Part shown: positions 25,327 through 38,733 of the stretch, piece by piece | How positions within the stretch are numbered: position 1 is the first letter of the stretch | Layout: each line of letters opens with the position of its first letter | From: Octopus vulgaris | Taxonomy: Eukaryota | Assembly: GCA_951406725.2 (NCBI GenBank) | Contig: OX597826.1 | Span: forward strand, 50,468,001 to 50,532,000 | Length of the DNA: 64,000 nt | Reading direction: 5' to 3' | Notes under the pieces: generated by a model | Databases searched by the model: none | Told to the model about the DNA's origin: nothing | Seen by the model: only the letters and a program-made list of their open reading frames with translations | Program-made: the position numbers and the translations under genes

Positions 25327-25969
25327 TTGTGTGTCTGTGTTTGTCCCCCCAACATCGCTTGACAATCGATGTTGATGTGTTTACGTCCCCGTATTATAAA
25401 AAGTGTTGGTCTACCAAAAGAACTTTTGTGAGCATTTTAACATACCTATTCTTTTGAGTTTTTTTTATTAGAAGTAGTTACACCATGCTCCCATGGACAG
25501 GTCACCAAAAGTGATACGTGTATGTGTGCATGCATGCACATGCTTGTATGTATTTGAACAACTGGGAAAAACTATCTAGGGACACTCACTGCATGTAAAC
25601 ATAATAGCAAAGTGGGCATGCTTGATAATGTGTCATATATATGTGTGTGTGTTTGTGTGCATGTATGTACATATGCATGTATGTACATATCTGTGTATAC
25701 ACAAGCATATGCATACATGTGTGTGTGTGTGCATATTTCATGTGTGTCATTATTTCTCTCTATGTCTGTTTCTCTGTTTCTCTCCCTTTCTGTCTATCTA
25801 CCTACTTGTCTGTCTGTCTGTCTATATTTTTCTTTTGTCCCCACCCTGTCTCTCTAGATTTCCAGGTCAAAAGGTAAAAAAGATGTTGTGTTGAACAGAC
25901 TGGCTGTCATCTTTTAATCTATTCTGTGACAAGTGGATCTGTTGAGAGTGGACACCTGTGTGTCAAATA

Positions 25970-26360
25970 ACAACCAACCAACTAACAAACCAACCAACCA
26001 ACCAACCAACCAACCAACCAACCAACCAACCAGCCAGCCAGCCAGCGAACCAGCCAGTTTGCTTGTAGGTAATTTTGCATACCAATTCAGTCAGGGTCAT
26101 AAATTGTAAATTTTTCTACACATATACATACACACACACACACATACATACATGTGTGCACACACAAACACATGCATATACATATATGCACACACACATA
26201 CATTCACATACACATTCACACATTCACAAACACACACACACATACATATGTGCACACAAACATACATGTCTGCACACAGATGCACACACAAACAGGCAAA
26301 CAAACACATGCATATGCACATTCACAAACACACACACACACACACAGATGCATATGCATA
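25970..26360. repeat. (AACC)n/(AGCC)n and CA-rich microsatellite cluster
   Basis: Direct reading. It is the source of the HT-rich spurious ORFs. Confidence 0.9.
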
Positions 26361-27434
26361 CAATGTAACTTAGAACATGACGCTCGAGTAGGTGAGTGAC
26401 AATTCACAGCTACATCCTACTCTGACATTTAAAACAAACAAAACAAACAAAAAACAAAAAAATGTTTTTTAAAAAAAAATTATTGTTGTTGTTGTTGTTG
26501 TTGTTATTTCTCATGCTGGGCAAAATGCTTTGTGGCATTTAGTCTGTCCTTACATTCCACCAAGGTCAACTTTGCTTTTCATCCTTCCAGGATCAATGAA
26601 TTAAGTACCAGTGAAACACTAGGGTCGATGTAATTGACTAGTTCTCTTCTCAAAACCTCAGGCCTTTTGCCTTTAGTAGAAAGGATTCAACTGTAATTGA
26701 AAAAAGTATTATAAAAGGAGAAAGGGGCTCTCTACTCCCCCTTTTGACCAGGCTCCCATGGCTTTTATGGGGTTTTCCACATGAGACCTTTTCTCTTTTC
26801 AAAGTGTCTCCTCTATTGGGAGTTTTGTAAATTGTTGAATTTTTTTCGTTGTTGTAAAGCTTGTTTACACGGACATTTTTCTTTGGAAAAACGGACAAAA
26901 CCTTTTGAAACTTTTCGTCCTGTTTTGTCCCTTTATGTTTTCCAATCATATTTGTCAGCCCTTTGTGGCCAATAAAAAGAATTAATTATTGTTATTATTT
27001 CTAAGGCAGCAAGTTACTAGAATTGTAAGTATGTTGGACAAAAAGCTCAATGGCATTTTTTCCATCTTCATGGTCTTAGTTCAAATTCTACCGACAGCAA
27101 CTTTGCCTTTCATCATTTCGTGGTCAATAAAATAAGTACCAGTTGTGTACTGGTGTTGATGTAATCAATCAGACCTCTCTCTCAAAATTTCTGACCTTGT
27201 ACCTATAATAGAAATGATTATTATTTCTTTATATTTGAATTTTAATTTTTTTGTTAATAATAGGCATAGGAGTGGCTGTATGGTAAGTAGCTTGTTTACC
27301 AACCACATGGTTCCGGGTTCAGTCCCACTGCATGACACTTTGGGCAAGTGTCTTCTACTATAGCTTCGGGCCAACCAAAGCCTTGTGAGTGGATTTGGTA
27401 GACAGAAACTGAAAGAAGCCCGTCGTATATATGG

Positions 27435-27476
<42 letters not shown>

Positions 27477-28623
27477 ATGTTTGTGTGTCTGTGTTTGTCC
27501 CCCCAACATCACTTGACAACCGGTGCTGGTGTGTTTACGCCACCGTCACTTAGCGGTTTGGCAAAAGAGACCGATAGAATAAGTACTAGGCTTACAAGGA
27601 ATAAGTCCTGGGGTTGATTTGCTCGACTAAAGGCGGTGCTCCAGCATGGCCACAGTCAAATGACTGAAACAAATAAAAGAGTAATAGATGCAGTCATGGC
27701 TGTGTAGTAAGAAGTTTGCTTCTCAACCATGGTTCCAGGTTCAATCCCACTGTGTAGCACTTTGAATAAGTGTCTTTCACTACAGTTCCAAGCTGGTCAA
27801 AGCCTTTTAAGTGGATTTGGTGGATGGGTACTAAAAAAGTTCATTTTGTTTTTGTGCATATATATATATGTATGTGTGTGTGTGTGTGTGTGTGCACGTG
27901 TGTGTGTGTGCGCATCATCATCATTTAACGTCTGCTTTCCATGTTGGCATGGGTGGAATGGTATCACAAGAGCCAGCCAAGCAGAAGCCTGCACCAGACT
28001 TCTGTAACTGTTTTGGCAGAACTTTTACAGCTGGATGCCCTTTCTAACACCAACCACTCAGCAGAGTGGAGTTAGCAATTTTTACATGACACAAGCACAG
28101 GCAAGGTCAGTTTTGGCAAGGTTTTTACAGCTGGACGCCCTTCCAAACACCAACCAATTTTAAGTGGCACCTGCACTGACAGGATCACCAAGTACTTGCA
28201 AAACAAAAAAAAAACTCTTTTGAGAGGGGAGGGGGTCACTGAAGGAGGTGACCTTGTGTTGGGTAATGAAAAGCTATAGTGAAGTAGATAAACAGAAACA
28301 GGTGTCTTGCTGTAAAGGAGGTACAAACAGATGTGCAGCCGCAATGAAGATAGAAACAGGTGTGCTGCTGTAAAGGAAATACATGGTTTCCCAACCTGAA
28401 GGAAGTGCAAGAGAAGGAGAGAGAGTGGGAGACAGCAGGATCGAGATAGTGGAAAAGTGCCAGGCATACTCACAAGAGCTGGAGAGAAGAATATAAATGG
28501 GTCAGTTGAGTAAAGGAATAGAGAGATATACATGGTGGCAAGTGCCAGGGCATACCCTTGGGGTTCAAACTCTATAATATAAGTGGCAGGATATTGTGAA
28601 GGAAGTGTGATTAAAGAGTGTGT

Positions 28624-28955
28624 AGGCGCATGGCTCAGTGGTTAGAGCGTCGAGCTTACGATCGTGAGGTTGTGAGTTCGAATCCCAGACCGGGCTGCAT
28701 GTTGTATTCTTGAGCAAGACACTTTATTTCACATTGCTCCAGTTCACTCAGCTGTAGAAATGAGTTGCAACGTCACAGGTGCCAAGCTGTATCAGCTGTT
28801 GTCTTTCCCTTGGATAACACTGGTTGCGTGGAGAGGGGAGGCTGGTATGCATGGGCGACTGCTGGTCTTCCATAAACAACCTTACCCGGACTTGTGCCTG
28901 GGAGGGTAACTTTCTGGGTGCAATCCCACAGTCAGGCATGACCAAAAGAGTTCTC
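28624..28955 (+). mobile_element. tRNA-derived SINE (fourth family)
   Basis: A box TGGCTCAGTGG and B box GAGTTCGAATCCC, followed by CORE-like CTTGAGCAAGACACTT. Confidence 0.8.
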
Positions 28956-30419
28956 AATAGGTGGGGAGGGAGTGGCAAAAACCTGGGTATATATAGAGTC
29001 AAGGGGGCTACTGGATAACAATGATCAGAGGGGCTAGCAAATAGCAGTGATACATTGAGACAGTGCGTGAGTGGAACACACAGGTCAGAAGCTAGCAGAG
29101 AGCAATCATATAGTTGCACAGGGCCAAGAGGACAGGATTGGGGAGTGGGAGGTGAGCTTAGTGCAAGAAGTGGAGATGTGAGGAAGAGAAGAGATGTAGT
29201 TTGGTTTGTTGTGGTAGAATGTGTGAGAAGTTTTCTTGATAAGTGCAAGTAGGACTTAGAGCACTTCTAAAACTCAGTTTTGCTGAAGTGCGATTAAAGA
29301 GTGTGGAGGAGGGGAGTGAGTGGCAAAACCTGGATATATATAGCGTTGGGGGGTGGGGGCTACCGGATAGCAATGATCAGGGATCCAGTTCCACTGCATG
29401 GCACGTTGAGCAAGTGTCTCCTACTATAGCTTTGGGCCAACCAAAGCCTTATGAGTGGATTTGGTAGACAGAAACTGAAAGAAGCCTGTCATATATATGT
29501 GTGTGTGTGTGTATCTATGTGTGTGTGTGTGTGTGTATCTATGTGTGTGTGTGTCTTTGTGCCTGTGTTTGTTCCTCACCACCGCTTGACAACCATTGTT
29601 GGTGTGTTTATGTCCCTGTATCTTAGTGGTTCGGCAAGAGAGATTGATAGAATAAGTACCAGGCTTTAGAAAATAAGTTTTGGTGCCAATTTGTTCAATT
29701 AAAAGCATTGAAGGCGGTGCCAAAGCATGACTGCAGTCAAATAGCTGAAACAAATAAAATAAAACATATATATATATATAGATATATATATAACAACAAG
29801 AATAAGAATGGAGAAAATCATATCTTCAATTGGTGACTATAGGCACAGGCATGGTTGTGTGGTAAGAAGCTTGCTTCCCAACCACAAGGTTCCAGATTCA
29901 GTTTCACTGCTTGACATCTTGGGAAAGTGTCTTCTACTATAGTACACATGTGCACAAACAAAAAAAAAAAGAATGCAGTGTAAATAATGGACAGATTCAA
30001 CAACTATTGAAAAGGTTGCAAGACAATGAAAATTTTAGAAAAATAAAAAGGGAAATGAGTGGAAATTTTACTGGTGAGTGTGTTAAATTATATGGCACTA
30101 AAAGAGAATGCATGTTTTATGATTTACACCGAAAACTTTGTTTGTTTGAAATCTGTTGCCTGTTTGCAGGATTTGTTATTTGTTTATTGTGGTTTCCCCG
30201 TAAGGGAAATGTTGTTAAACATTTTTCTTGTGATAAACATTGTGAAACTGTTATCCTCTCCCAAGGGAGAAGGATTTGTAAATTGTGTATTATTGTGAAC
30301 TGCTTTTGGTGAATTTGAACTGTGTTCTGTATTGGAACAATTTTTGAATATTTTTGTTTTTGAATATTTTTGGAAAAAATATTATTAATATGTCTTCAAT
30401 TGAAGAAAGAAAAAAAGAA

Positions 30420-31105
30420 TTTTGCTGCCATTGTGGGTGGAATGGAGAACATTGTTTTGAAAAGAGAGGATATTCAAGCTTATTTTGGTAGGATTTCCGA
30501 AGATAATGGAGAGAGTAGGATCACTCTCCCAAATGAGATAATTACTAACACAAAGGAAAAGACTATAATATACAAAACTTACAATGTAGAAAAACAGAAA
30601 TTGGAACATTTGGAAGAAGGTACAGTTGAGAAGTGCCTTGGGCCAGTAATTAACCAGATTAAATATCTAGCCCGAGGCAGAAGATTTGCAACTATTGAAG
30701 CAAGGTTTGAGTCAGCAGAGAAGGCATGAGAGTTTTCGACTCAAACCTTGCAAAATGGAAACATTATGTTGTTGCCTCTATATCTGGGACTTAGAACACC
30801 CTGGATAAAGATAAAAAAATATCCCCCCCAGAGATAGAGGACACATGGATCGTGGTCACTCTCTTATTTGAGAGGGAAGACATGATAAATATAATCCAGA
30901 TTTCCAGAGACACACCACAAAACTGGCGGGGGTCAAACTCTGGAAATTCTGGCACAGGCCACAACCACCAACCTAGAAAACCTCCTCAAGACAATTCACA
31001 TCAGGGAAGAAACCATTTTTGCAGAGTGTGTAGAGGGGAGATGACCCAGGTGTTTCAAGTGCAGAAAAAGAGGAGGAGAGAAAAGAAGAGGTGGCACCCC
31101 CAATG
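30420..31105 (+). mobile_element. Decayed Tx1/L1-like LINE ORF1 fragment
   Basis: YLARGRRFATIEARFESAEKA*EFSTQTL..LLPLYLGLRTPWIKIK ... VEGR*PRCFKCRKRG is an RRM-like region followed by a broken CCHC knuckle, with stops and frameshifts. Confidence 0.6.
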
Positions 31106-31532
31106 ACACACAACTGTAACTCTTTTCAACTAGACATCCTGTTGCGACTGCCGCTGCTGCTTCTGCAATCTTCGAACTGCTTTCCATTCTTTGCCATCCT
31201 TTTACAATGAGCACTTGTCTTCTACTGTGCCATTTTGGATTCCAGCATCTTCTCATCATGATGCTTGTAGAGTTATTCTTTGCCAACCACGTAATTCACT
31301 AACATCTTAAAGTGGACTCTGTACACAATGAACTTTTTGCGTGTTTGTACTTTCAAAAGACTGGCTTTACATATTTTTTGCATGTTTTCATTTTTCAGGA
31401 CCCCTTTTTCGCATTGTTCCTGTTTTTAATTTTGTTCACACATTTTTGATTATCAAATATTTTTTGTTCAACGTTTATACATACATACACATATACATGC
31501 TTTCTGCCTCATGCTATATCAACTCTGACATA

Positions 31533-31853
31533 TCAATACTGAGTGTTGAATTTTGCATTTGGTCCTAAAATGTTTATTTTGTTTTGCTTTTCTTCTGATT
31601 CAGCAGATTTTGAACAATTATTTTTCAATTGTTTTTGGTTGTTTATACACCTTTTTGTACCTTGGTTCATGCTCTCTTCTGCTACCGGTCTCTTTATGCG
31701 TATCGCACATTTGTCGTACACAAATGTTCTCACAGGGGAGCGACTGTAGCAGTGATTAACAGTCATTATGTGTGATATGTTTTCATTATGGACTAGGCTT
31801 AAATACCCAGATATCGGTTCCACAAGTCTTTTCATTTGCCACAAGGGTAATAA
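31533..31853 (-). CDS. Tentative coding exon of a minus-strand gene (LLPLWQMKRLVEPISGYLSLVHNE...FNTQY*)
   Basis: Acceptor atattccctcag directly upstream. 106 open codons with protein-like composition in AT-rich, non-microsatellite DNA. Family not recognised. Confidence 0.35.
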   Translation of the reverse strand, partial: LLPLWQMKRLVEPISGYLSLVHNENISHIMTVNHCYSRSPVRTFVYDKCAIRIKRPVAEESMNQGTKRCINNQKQLKNNCSKSAESEEKQNKINILGPNAKFNTQY

Positions 31854-34019
31854 CTGAGGGAATATTATATGGATACATTACAAGAAGAGTCAAGGTTTAT
31901 GTAGAAATCAAAAAAAGAAATGGCAAAGAAAAATAGAATGAAAATGGAAGTCTGAATGGAACAGTAAGAGATATACAGTGGGCAATGCAACCACCCTGCC
32001 CTCTCTCATTCAGTGCCTATGTTTTACGAACTCATTAGCTTATTGTGAACAGCTGCTGTCATTTAAAAGACAGATCCGGCTATCAGTTGAATTTGTTATG
32101 AAAATTGACCAGCTGCTTTCTTTTGACAAGGAAGGGCAGCTCATCTTTCTTTGCTTGGTGGATGTGATGAAGGAAGTTGTTTGGTGATCAAAGTTAGAAG
32201 GTTTGAAGATAAAGATTTTTTTCTCTCTGGCCAAGTTTTCATCAACTTCTTTAAGTGGCACTTGAAGAGGAAGCTGAGGGTAAGGAAGGAAGTGCTGCTT
32301 TCTTGTGTGTTGTGAGTTTATGTGTGTGTTATTGTTTAGTTCTAAGGACTGTTCTAAGGCCCTGTTCTAAGATGAACCACCTGACCAGAGGAACATGTTC
32401 CTTCTGTAAGAGGTGAAAGCGTATATGCTCCAGAATCTGGTTAGATTTTCCCTGGGACAAGACACAATAGTCAGGTAGTGCAACCCCACAAAAGATGTGT
32501 AAATGTCATTCCCTTAACATGTGATCTTTCAAGAACAGCTTCCTCTCAAATGAAATTTGGGTCACACTGGCTCCCCTTTTCACAACTTCTTTCCAGTTTT
32601 TATCCAGCTGGTAATCTTGCCTGAATGACATCTGTACCTTGATTTAGCAACAGAAGTTTCCGTCCTACATTACCTTGTTTTTCTAGATACCAGTTTGCAA
32701 ACCCATCATGTTCCCAGTTAATGCATGCTCTCATTCCTTCTGGTTACTTCTCAAGAATGGTACTAATGATCATGATTTCCAATATATGCAACACCATGAA
32801 GGTGGCAAGCTGGCAGAATCGTTAGCATATCAGGCAAAATGCTTGGTAGCATTTTGTCTGCTTTTACATCCTGAGTTCAAATTCCACTGTGGTTAATGTT
32901 TTCTTTCATCCTTTAGGGGTAGATAAAATAGGTATTAGTTGAACACTGGGGATCGGATTCCTCTCACCCCACCCCCTTGTGTCAAAATTTGAAATCAGTA
33001 TATGCAATACCATGATGGTATTGTATACTTGTGCAGAATTGGTTTTCCTGTGTCCTTCTTTAAGTGTGATGCACCTCAATTTCTTTGACCTCTGCTACAA
33101 AGGCTCCAAAACATTAGAAGAAACCAGTGGTGTGGTATCCTTCTCAAACCAAGTTTATGATGCAGCATGGTTCTATTTCATGGTTGTTTAGGTTAACCAC
33201 TGAAGAGATACTGCTGTACATTGTAGCAATTCAGCTTCTGAAGATGGGACTAAAACCAACTATATTTAGGGCAGTCAACAACTAGCAACAATCAATCCTA
33301 TCATATGCTTTAATATCTAAGCACAAAGCCTAAAATCTGAAGGAAAGGTATTATCAATTCTATTGACCTCCGCCAACTCCCACCAGTATTTGACTGGAGT
33401 GGAGGAGGAGGTCAGCATCAGATATGATGCAACCACTAAACACAGACATTTTTGATTACATCCACAGAAAAGTCAGTTGATGGGCATAAAGCCATTCACA
33501 GACATACTTCAGTGCATGGTCCAAAGATGTGTTCTCTCTCTGTCTCTACCTTTTTAACTACTATGACATTGGCCTCTATTCCTCAGGGTACATCCATCAA
33601 GGAATTTTTAACTCCTTTGTCTTTCTGGGGCCACATACCAAAGAATACACACAGTCCTTCTTCCCCAGAATGTCAGCACTCTGGCGTTTTCTCCACGCAC
33701 ACATCTTTCCTGTTGTTATCGGCTTATAACAATTTAAACAGGACAAGAGTGCTATCAACCTAACTATTCTCAGAGACCTTGCAATGACCTTGGTCACTAC
33801 TCTTCCTCCAGACTTTTATTTTATCAAACCCAAAATGATGAAAAGCAACAATGGCTTCAATGAGAATTGAACTCAGAACACTAAGGGATATAACTAAATA
33901 CAGCAAGTTATTTAGATGGCAGGCACTCCAGTGTTTCAGCTGCTTCAGACATTCATGGTTTTTAACTGTGAATGATGACATACTGGTGGAGAGGGCAGTT
34001 GAGTAAACTGACCCTAATA

Positions 34020-34600
34020 TTCAACCAGTAGGACAGTCAAATAAAGTGACCTCAGCACTTGACCAGGAGGGCAGTTAAATAAAGTAACCCCTGTATTTGT
34101 CCAGCAGGGAAGTCAAATAAAGTGACCCAAGCACTTGACCAGGAGGGCAGTTAAATAAAGTAACCCCTGTATTTGTCCAGCAGGGAAGTCAAATAAAGTG
34201 ACCCAAGTACTTGACCAGGAGGGAAGTTAAATAAAGTGACCTCAGCACTTGACCAGGAGGGCAGTTAAATAAAGTGACCTCAGCACTTGACCAGGAGGGC
34301 AGTTAAATAAAGTGACCTCAGCACTTGACCAGGAGGGCAGTTAAATAAAGTGACCCCTGTACTTGACCAGTAGGGCAATGAAATAAAGTGACCCTTGTAC
34401 TTGACCAATAGCGCAATGAAATAAAGTGACCCCTGCACTTGACCAGTAGGGCAATGAAATAAAGTGACCTTTGTACTTGACCAGTAGGGCAATGAAATAA
34501 AGTGACCCCTGCACTTGACCAATAGGGCAGTGAAATAAAGTGAACCCAGTACTTGACCAAGTAGGGTAGTCAAATAAAGTGACCCCTGCACTTGACTGGT
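34020..34600. repeat. Minisatellite, 38-bp unit, about 15 copies
   Basis: Unit GACCTCAGCACTTGACCAGGAGGGCAGTTAAATAAAGT with ordered variants. Confidence 0.95.
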
Positions 34601-35140
34601 ACTTTATTTTACCGATTCCTAAAAGGACAAAAGTGATAGTCAGCACTGTTAGGATTGTAGTATAGGGTGTTTTTTATTTTTGCATCCTATGTTGCTGTTT
34701 GTTTACCAGTCATTAAGTAGCCATCTTCAAAAAGGAGTGTCTGAAAAAAATAAATAAATAAAAATAAAAAACAAAACAATTTTTGTTTCTGGATATTTAA
34801 ACATTTCTTTTTAATGTCATCAAGGACAGTATATTAATATCCATAATATTAATAACTCCACACCACCACCACCACCACAACCATCATCATCATCATTGCT
34901 ACCACCATCTCTATCACATACTTTGCATCCTCCTCCATTGTTTTTGTTATCTTTGTCAGTTCCTCCATCACCAACCACTACCACCACTTGAAAAACTAAA
35001 CAACAATAACAACTGCAATACCAATGCCAACAACAACAACAACAACAACAACACCTCTGCTACCATCACAATCATCATCAGCACCATAACTGCCACTGCT
35101 GTTATAATTCCAGTTCTACTCATCAACATTACTAGAGGAA

Positions 35141-35184
<44 letters not shown>

Positions 35185-35878
35185 ATATGTATATGGCTGC
35201 TTGACATGCAAGACATAGCAAACAAATCTCCTTCGAATCACACCTTACCGTCTAAAAAAAAAAAAGTGACACATTCGATAATGTCATAGATATAGAAACC
35301 GATATGTTGGTTAAGGCTGAAAAGACTTCAATCATAGGCTTGCTCCGTCAGGTCTAACCCAAGTTTAAGCAACAACAACAGCAATAGATAGAAGTTAGAA
35401 TTTCTGGCCAAGGTTAAATCCTTTTACCATATTTCTGGTGAAATCCACTGCCTTTGTTTTGGTTAATTCTGAAAATGAAGAACTTAGTAAAATAACTTTG
35501 CCAGGTGTGGCTGTATGGTAAGATGCTTTTTTCTCAACCACACGGTTCCAGGTTCAGTCCCATTGTACGGCACCTTGGGCAAGTGTCTTCTACTATGGCC
35601 TCAGGCTGACCAAAGCACTGTGAGTGGATTTGCTAAACAAAAACCAAGAGAAGCTTGTTGTGTGTGTGTGTGTCTTTGCGTCTGTGTTTATCCCCCTATC
35701 ACTGCTTGTCAACCAGTGTTGGTGTGTTTATGCCTTCATAACTTAGAGATTTGGCAAAAGAGACCAATAAAATAAGTACTGGGGCTTAAAAATAAGCCCC
35801 AGGGGTCGATTTGTTCAATTAAAACCCTTCAGAGTAGTGCTCCAGCGTAAAATGACTGAAACAAGTAAAAGAATAAGA

Positions 35879-35931
<53 letters not shown>

Positions 35932-35944
35932 TATATATATATAT

Positions 35945-36113
35945 AAAGTTAATCCAAACAAGAAAACACAAAAAAACGCAACAACGCGAGGACGTGGAAC
36001 AAATAAAGTATTATTGGACGCTCAGGAAAGAAGGGAAGAAGGAGGGTTTAACGTTTCGAGCGGAGCTCTTCGTCGGAAATATAGGAGAAGGAAAGATCCC
36101 AAGAAGGGAAGAC

Positions 36114-36115
<2 letters not shown>
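35945..36115 (-). mobile_element. Penelope-type terminal repeat fragment with a degenerate hammerhead motif
   Basis: Minus strand 36079-36049 reads TTTCCGACGAA-GAGC-TCC-GCTC-GAAAC-GTTA. Flanked by (TA)n and downstream of the PLE ORF on the same strand. Confidence 0.6.
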
Positions 36116-36148
<33 letters not shown>

Positions 36149-36249
36149 CTTCGTTATAAGATCATAAATCAGAAAAAGAGCATACCCTATAAAATATAGA
36201 GCATTCTGTATGTGTAAAGTAACAGTTTTAGTAAAAATACCATTGGTTT

Positions 36250-37265
36250 CATATCTAGCGTGAGTTAGACATATCTTCAGTTTCTCTAAACAATAACTGT
36301 TCTCTGCAGAGAATGTTTTTTAAAACAAGAACGCCAATGATAGTTGAAGAAATATTCCTCTGAAAAATTATGGCCAAACGAGTTGTCCTCCTTTCCTTGA
36401 TAGCTAGGTTTTCCAATTTTGAAGTAAAAATTTCCGAAAAGGTGGACAACTCCCTACAGCTTCTGTCCTGGAGTTCAGGTATCCTCCTGGCTCATGTGAG
36501 TTCATAAGGATTATATATCTTTCTGCCATACACAATTTACATAGTCTTGTTCCATTGCGATAGGGTCCGCAAGTTTCTAGTAATTTCCACCAAATGCTAA
36601 AGGGTGTATGATTGTCCTTTAGGTGCCATACGTATGCTGTGAACGTTATGTTGCATCTCTCCAGGACCCTAAAAGAAGATTGGGGGTTGTTCGGGCAAAT
36701 TTTAAATTTGGATTCACAAGATCCGACATAAATTTTAGTGTAAGTCCCTGTGTTAGCATTGAGGTTACTAATATTTGTATTGCTCCTTTTTGAGGCTACC
36801 TCTGCTTGATACACTGTAGCCTCGGTGTTACATTGGCCATCTACTGGGCATTCATTTCTAATCCTGCATGAACAACTTGCCTCTGTCCATGGTTTAGGAG
36901 TGCTAAATAAGTTTTTCCTTTAATTATGTCTGTTAAAGATCTTACTATATTTATGTGATCGCGTGAAATGCTTATCAACTAACCTAAAAAAAATCTTACC
37001 ATGTCCAGACGTTTAGGGAGAAGAGGGTGTGAACCATAAGGTCTTGCGGTGGCGTTTCCTTTAATGGTTGCTCGATCCTGGTGTATATACTATATGGTCC
37101 TTGAATCCACTGGCCGCTAGCGCCTCATTGTAAGCAGAAGCTGCTGTGTCAAAAATATCTTTATTTGAAGATGAGATCGAAATCCGTTTACTGATACCTT
37201 TTACTAGGTTTTTGAATACTATGGGTGGATGGCAGGAGGCTGTATTAATGTATCATTTGGTTTGC
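36250..37265 (-). mobile_element. 5'-truncated Penelope-like retroelement (RT thumb, Cys linker, GIY-YIG endonuclease)
   Basis: YINTASCHPP..YNEALAASGF, then CSCRIRNECPVDGQC, VYQAEV..YVG..FK..VWHLK..CKLCMAE..LNSRTE. This is the PLE C-terminal architecture. Frameshifts and stops upstream. Confidence 0.9.
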
Positions 37266-37367
37266 GGTCACCATAGAGACTAACCTCACTGTGGTGAACT
37301 TCTTAGCTGTCACACTTGATTTAGACAGTGGAACCTACAGACCATACCGTGCCAGTCAGGCAGCACT

Positions 37368-37619
37368 GTTATCTTTATAGATTTTCTATAGAAATTATAC
37401 CCAGCACTGATTTTGCTACAACATCCCATATCCAAGACACCTGATGTAAGCAACAATGAAATTGAGGATGAAAAATGGGTAATGGGTGTGTATGACATAT
37501 ACCTCCCCACCCACTTTTTATCTTCAACCTTGTTGTTTACATCTGACGTCTCAGATGTGAAATATTGTAACAAAATCAGTGCTGGCTATAATAACCTATA
37601 GAAAATCTGTAGAAATAAC
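37368..37619. repeat. ~250-bp imperfect palindrome (foldback/MITE-like)
   Basis: AGATTTTCTATAG / CTATAGAAAATCT and CCAGCACTGATTTTG / CAAAATCAGTGCTGG, centred near 37495. Confidence 0.85.
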
Positions 37620-38733
37620 CTTAACAAGTAATGTAATAGCACTGCTAACACAGTAGAACATGGTATTGGCTTATAAAAACATTTAATATACTTTGTTGTA
37701 TGTTATGGTTGCATAACAAAATATCATGTTCCTACAAGTCATTAATGAATGTGTGTGTATCCATGTATATATTGTATAGCGACCTGTATTAAATGTCCTT
37801 TTGAAAGAACAGCTACCTTCTTACCAACAAGACAAATATGTTAACCTATTGTGATTTATTATAAATGAATAAATAAATAAAAGATAAGATGGAACAAGTG
37901 AGAACTTAACACTTCCCAAATATAGAAATAACATTTGATTAACTGTGTCTCTACTACTACAACTACCACCACACCACCACCACCACCACCACTACTACTG
38001 CTACCACCATAGCAGTGGCAACAGCTATGACAACAACAAAAATGGATATTTTGACATGACACGGTTTATATGTAACAAGATAATGCAACTCTCAAAATCC
38101 ACAGTTGATATTTTGTTACCGGCACCCATGTTGGTGCCATGTAGAAGCACCCAGGCTGGTGCCATGTAAAAAGCACCTGTGCCGGTGACATGTAAAAGGG
38201 ACATGTGCTGATGTTATGTAGAAGCACCCAATATACTCTGTAAAGTGGTTGGCATTGGAAAGGGCATCTAGCTGTAGAAACCATGCCAAAACAGGTGACT
38301 GGAGCCTGGCCAGCTCCTGTCAAACTGTCCAACCCATGCCAGCATGGAAAACGGATGTTAAAGGATGATGATATAGAATATATATATATGTTAATGGAGT
38401 TTGGTCAAGAATTTTTGCGTCTATGTTTGTCCCACCATCACTGCTTGACAACTGGTGTTGGTGTATTTATGTCCCTGTAACTAAGCAGTTTGGCAAAAGA
38501 GACCAATAGCATAAGTACTAGGGTTAAAAAAGGTCCTGGGGTCAATTTGGTCAACTGAAATCCTTTAAGGCGGTGCTCCAGCACGGCTGCAGTCAGATGA
38601 CCGAAACAAGTAAAAGAATATATGGGAGGAAGGGACAGAGGTGTGAGTGAACTGACAGAGGAAATATGTGGTTTTGGGTTCATTCCCACTATGTGACACT
38701 ATTGGCTGGTTCTAGAATGGTTGCACACCAACT

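Noticed and set aside
34020-34600. CRISPR-like regular repeat array
   Set aside because: Units are contiguous with no unique spacers, there are no cas genes, and the context is eukaryotic. It is a minisatellite.
36404-36900. Selenoprotein-encoding Naiad-type PLE
   Set aside because: The linker and C-terminal cysteines here use TGT/TGC codons. I saw no in-frame TGA at conserved Cys positions.
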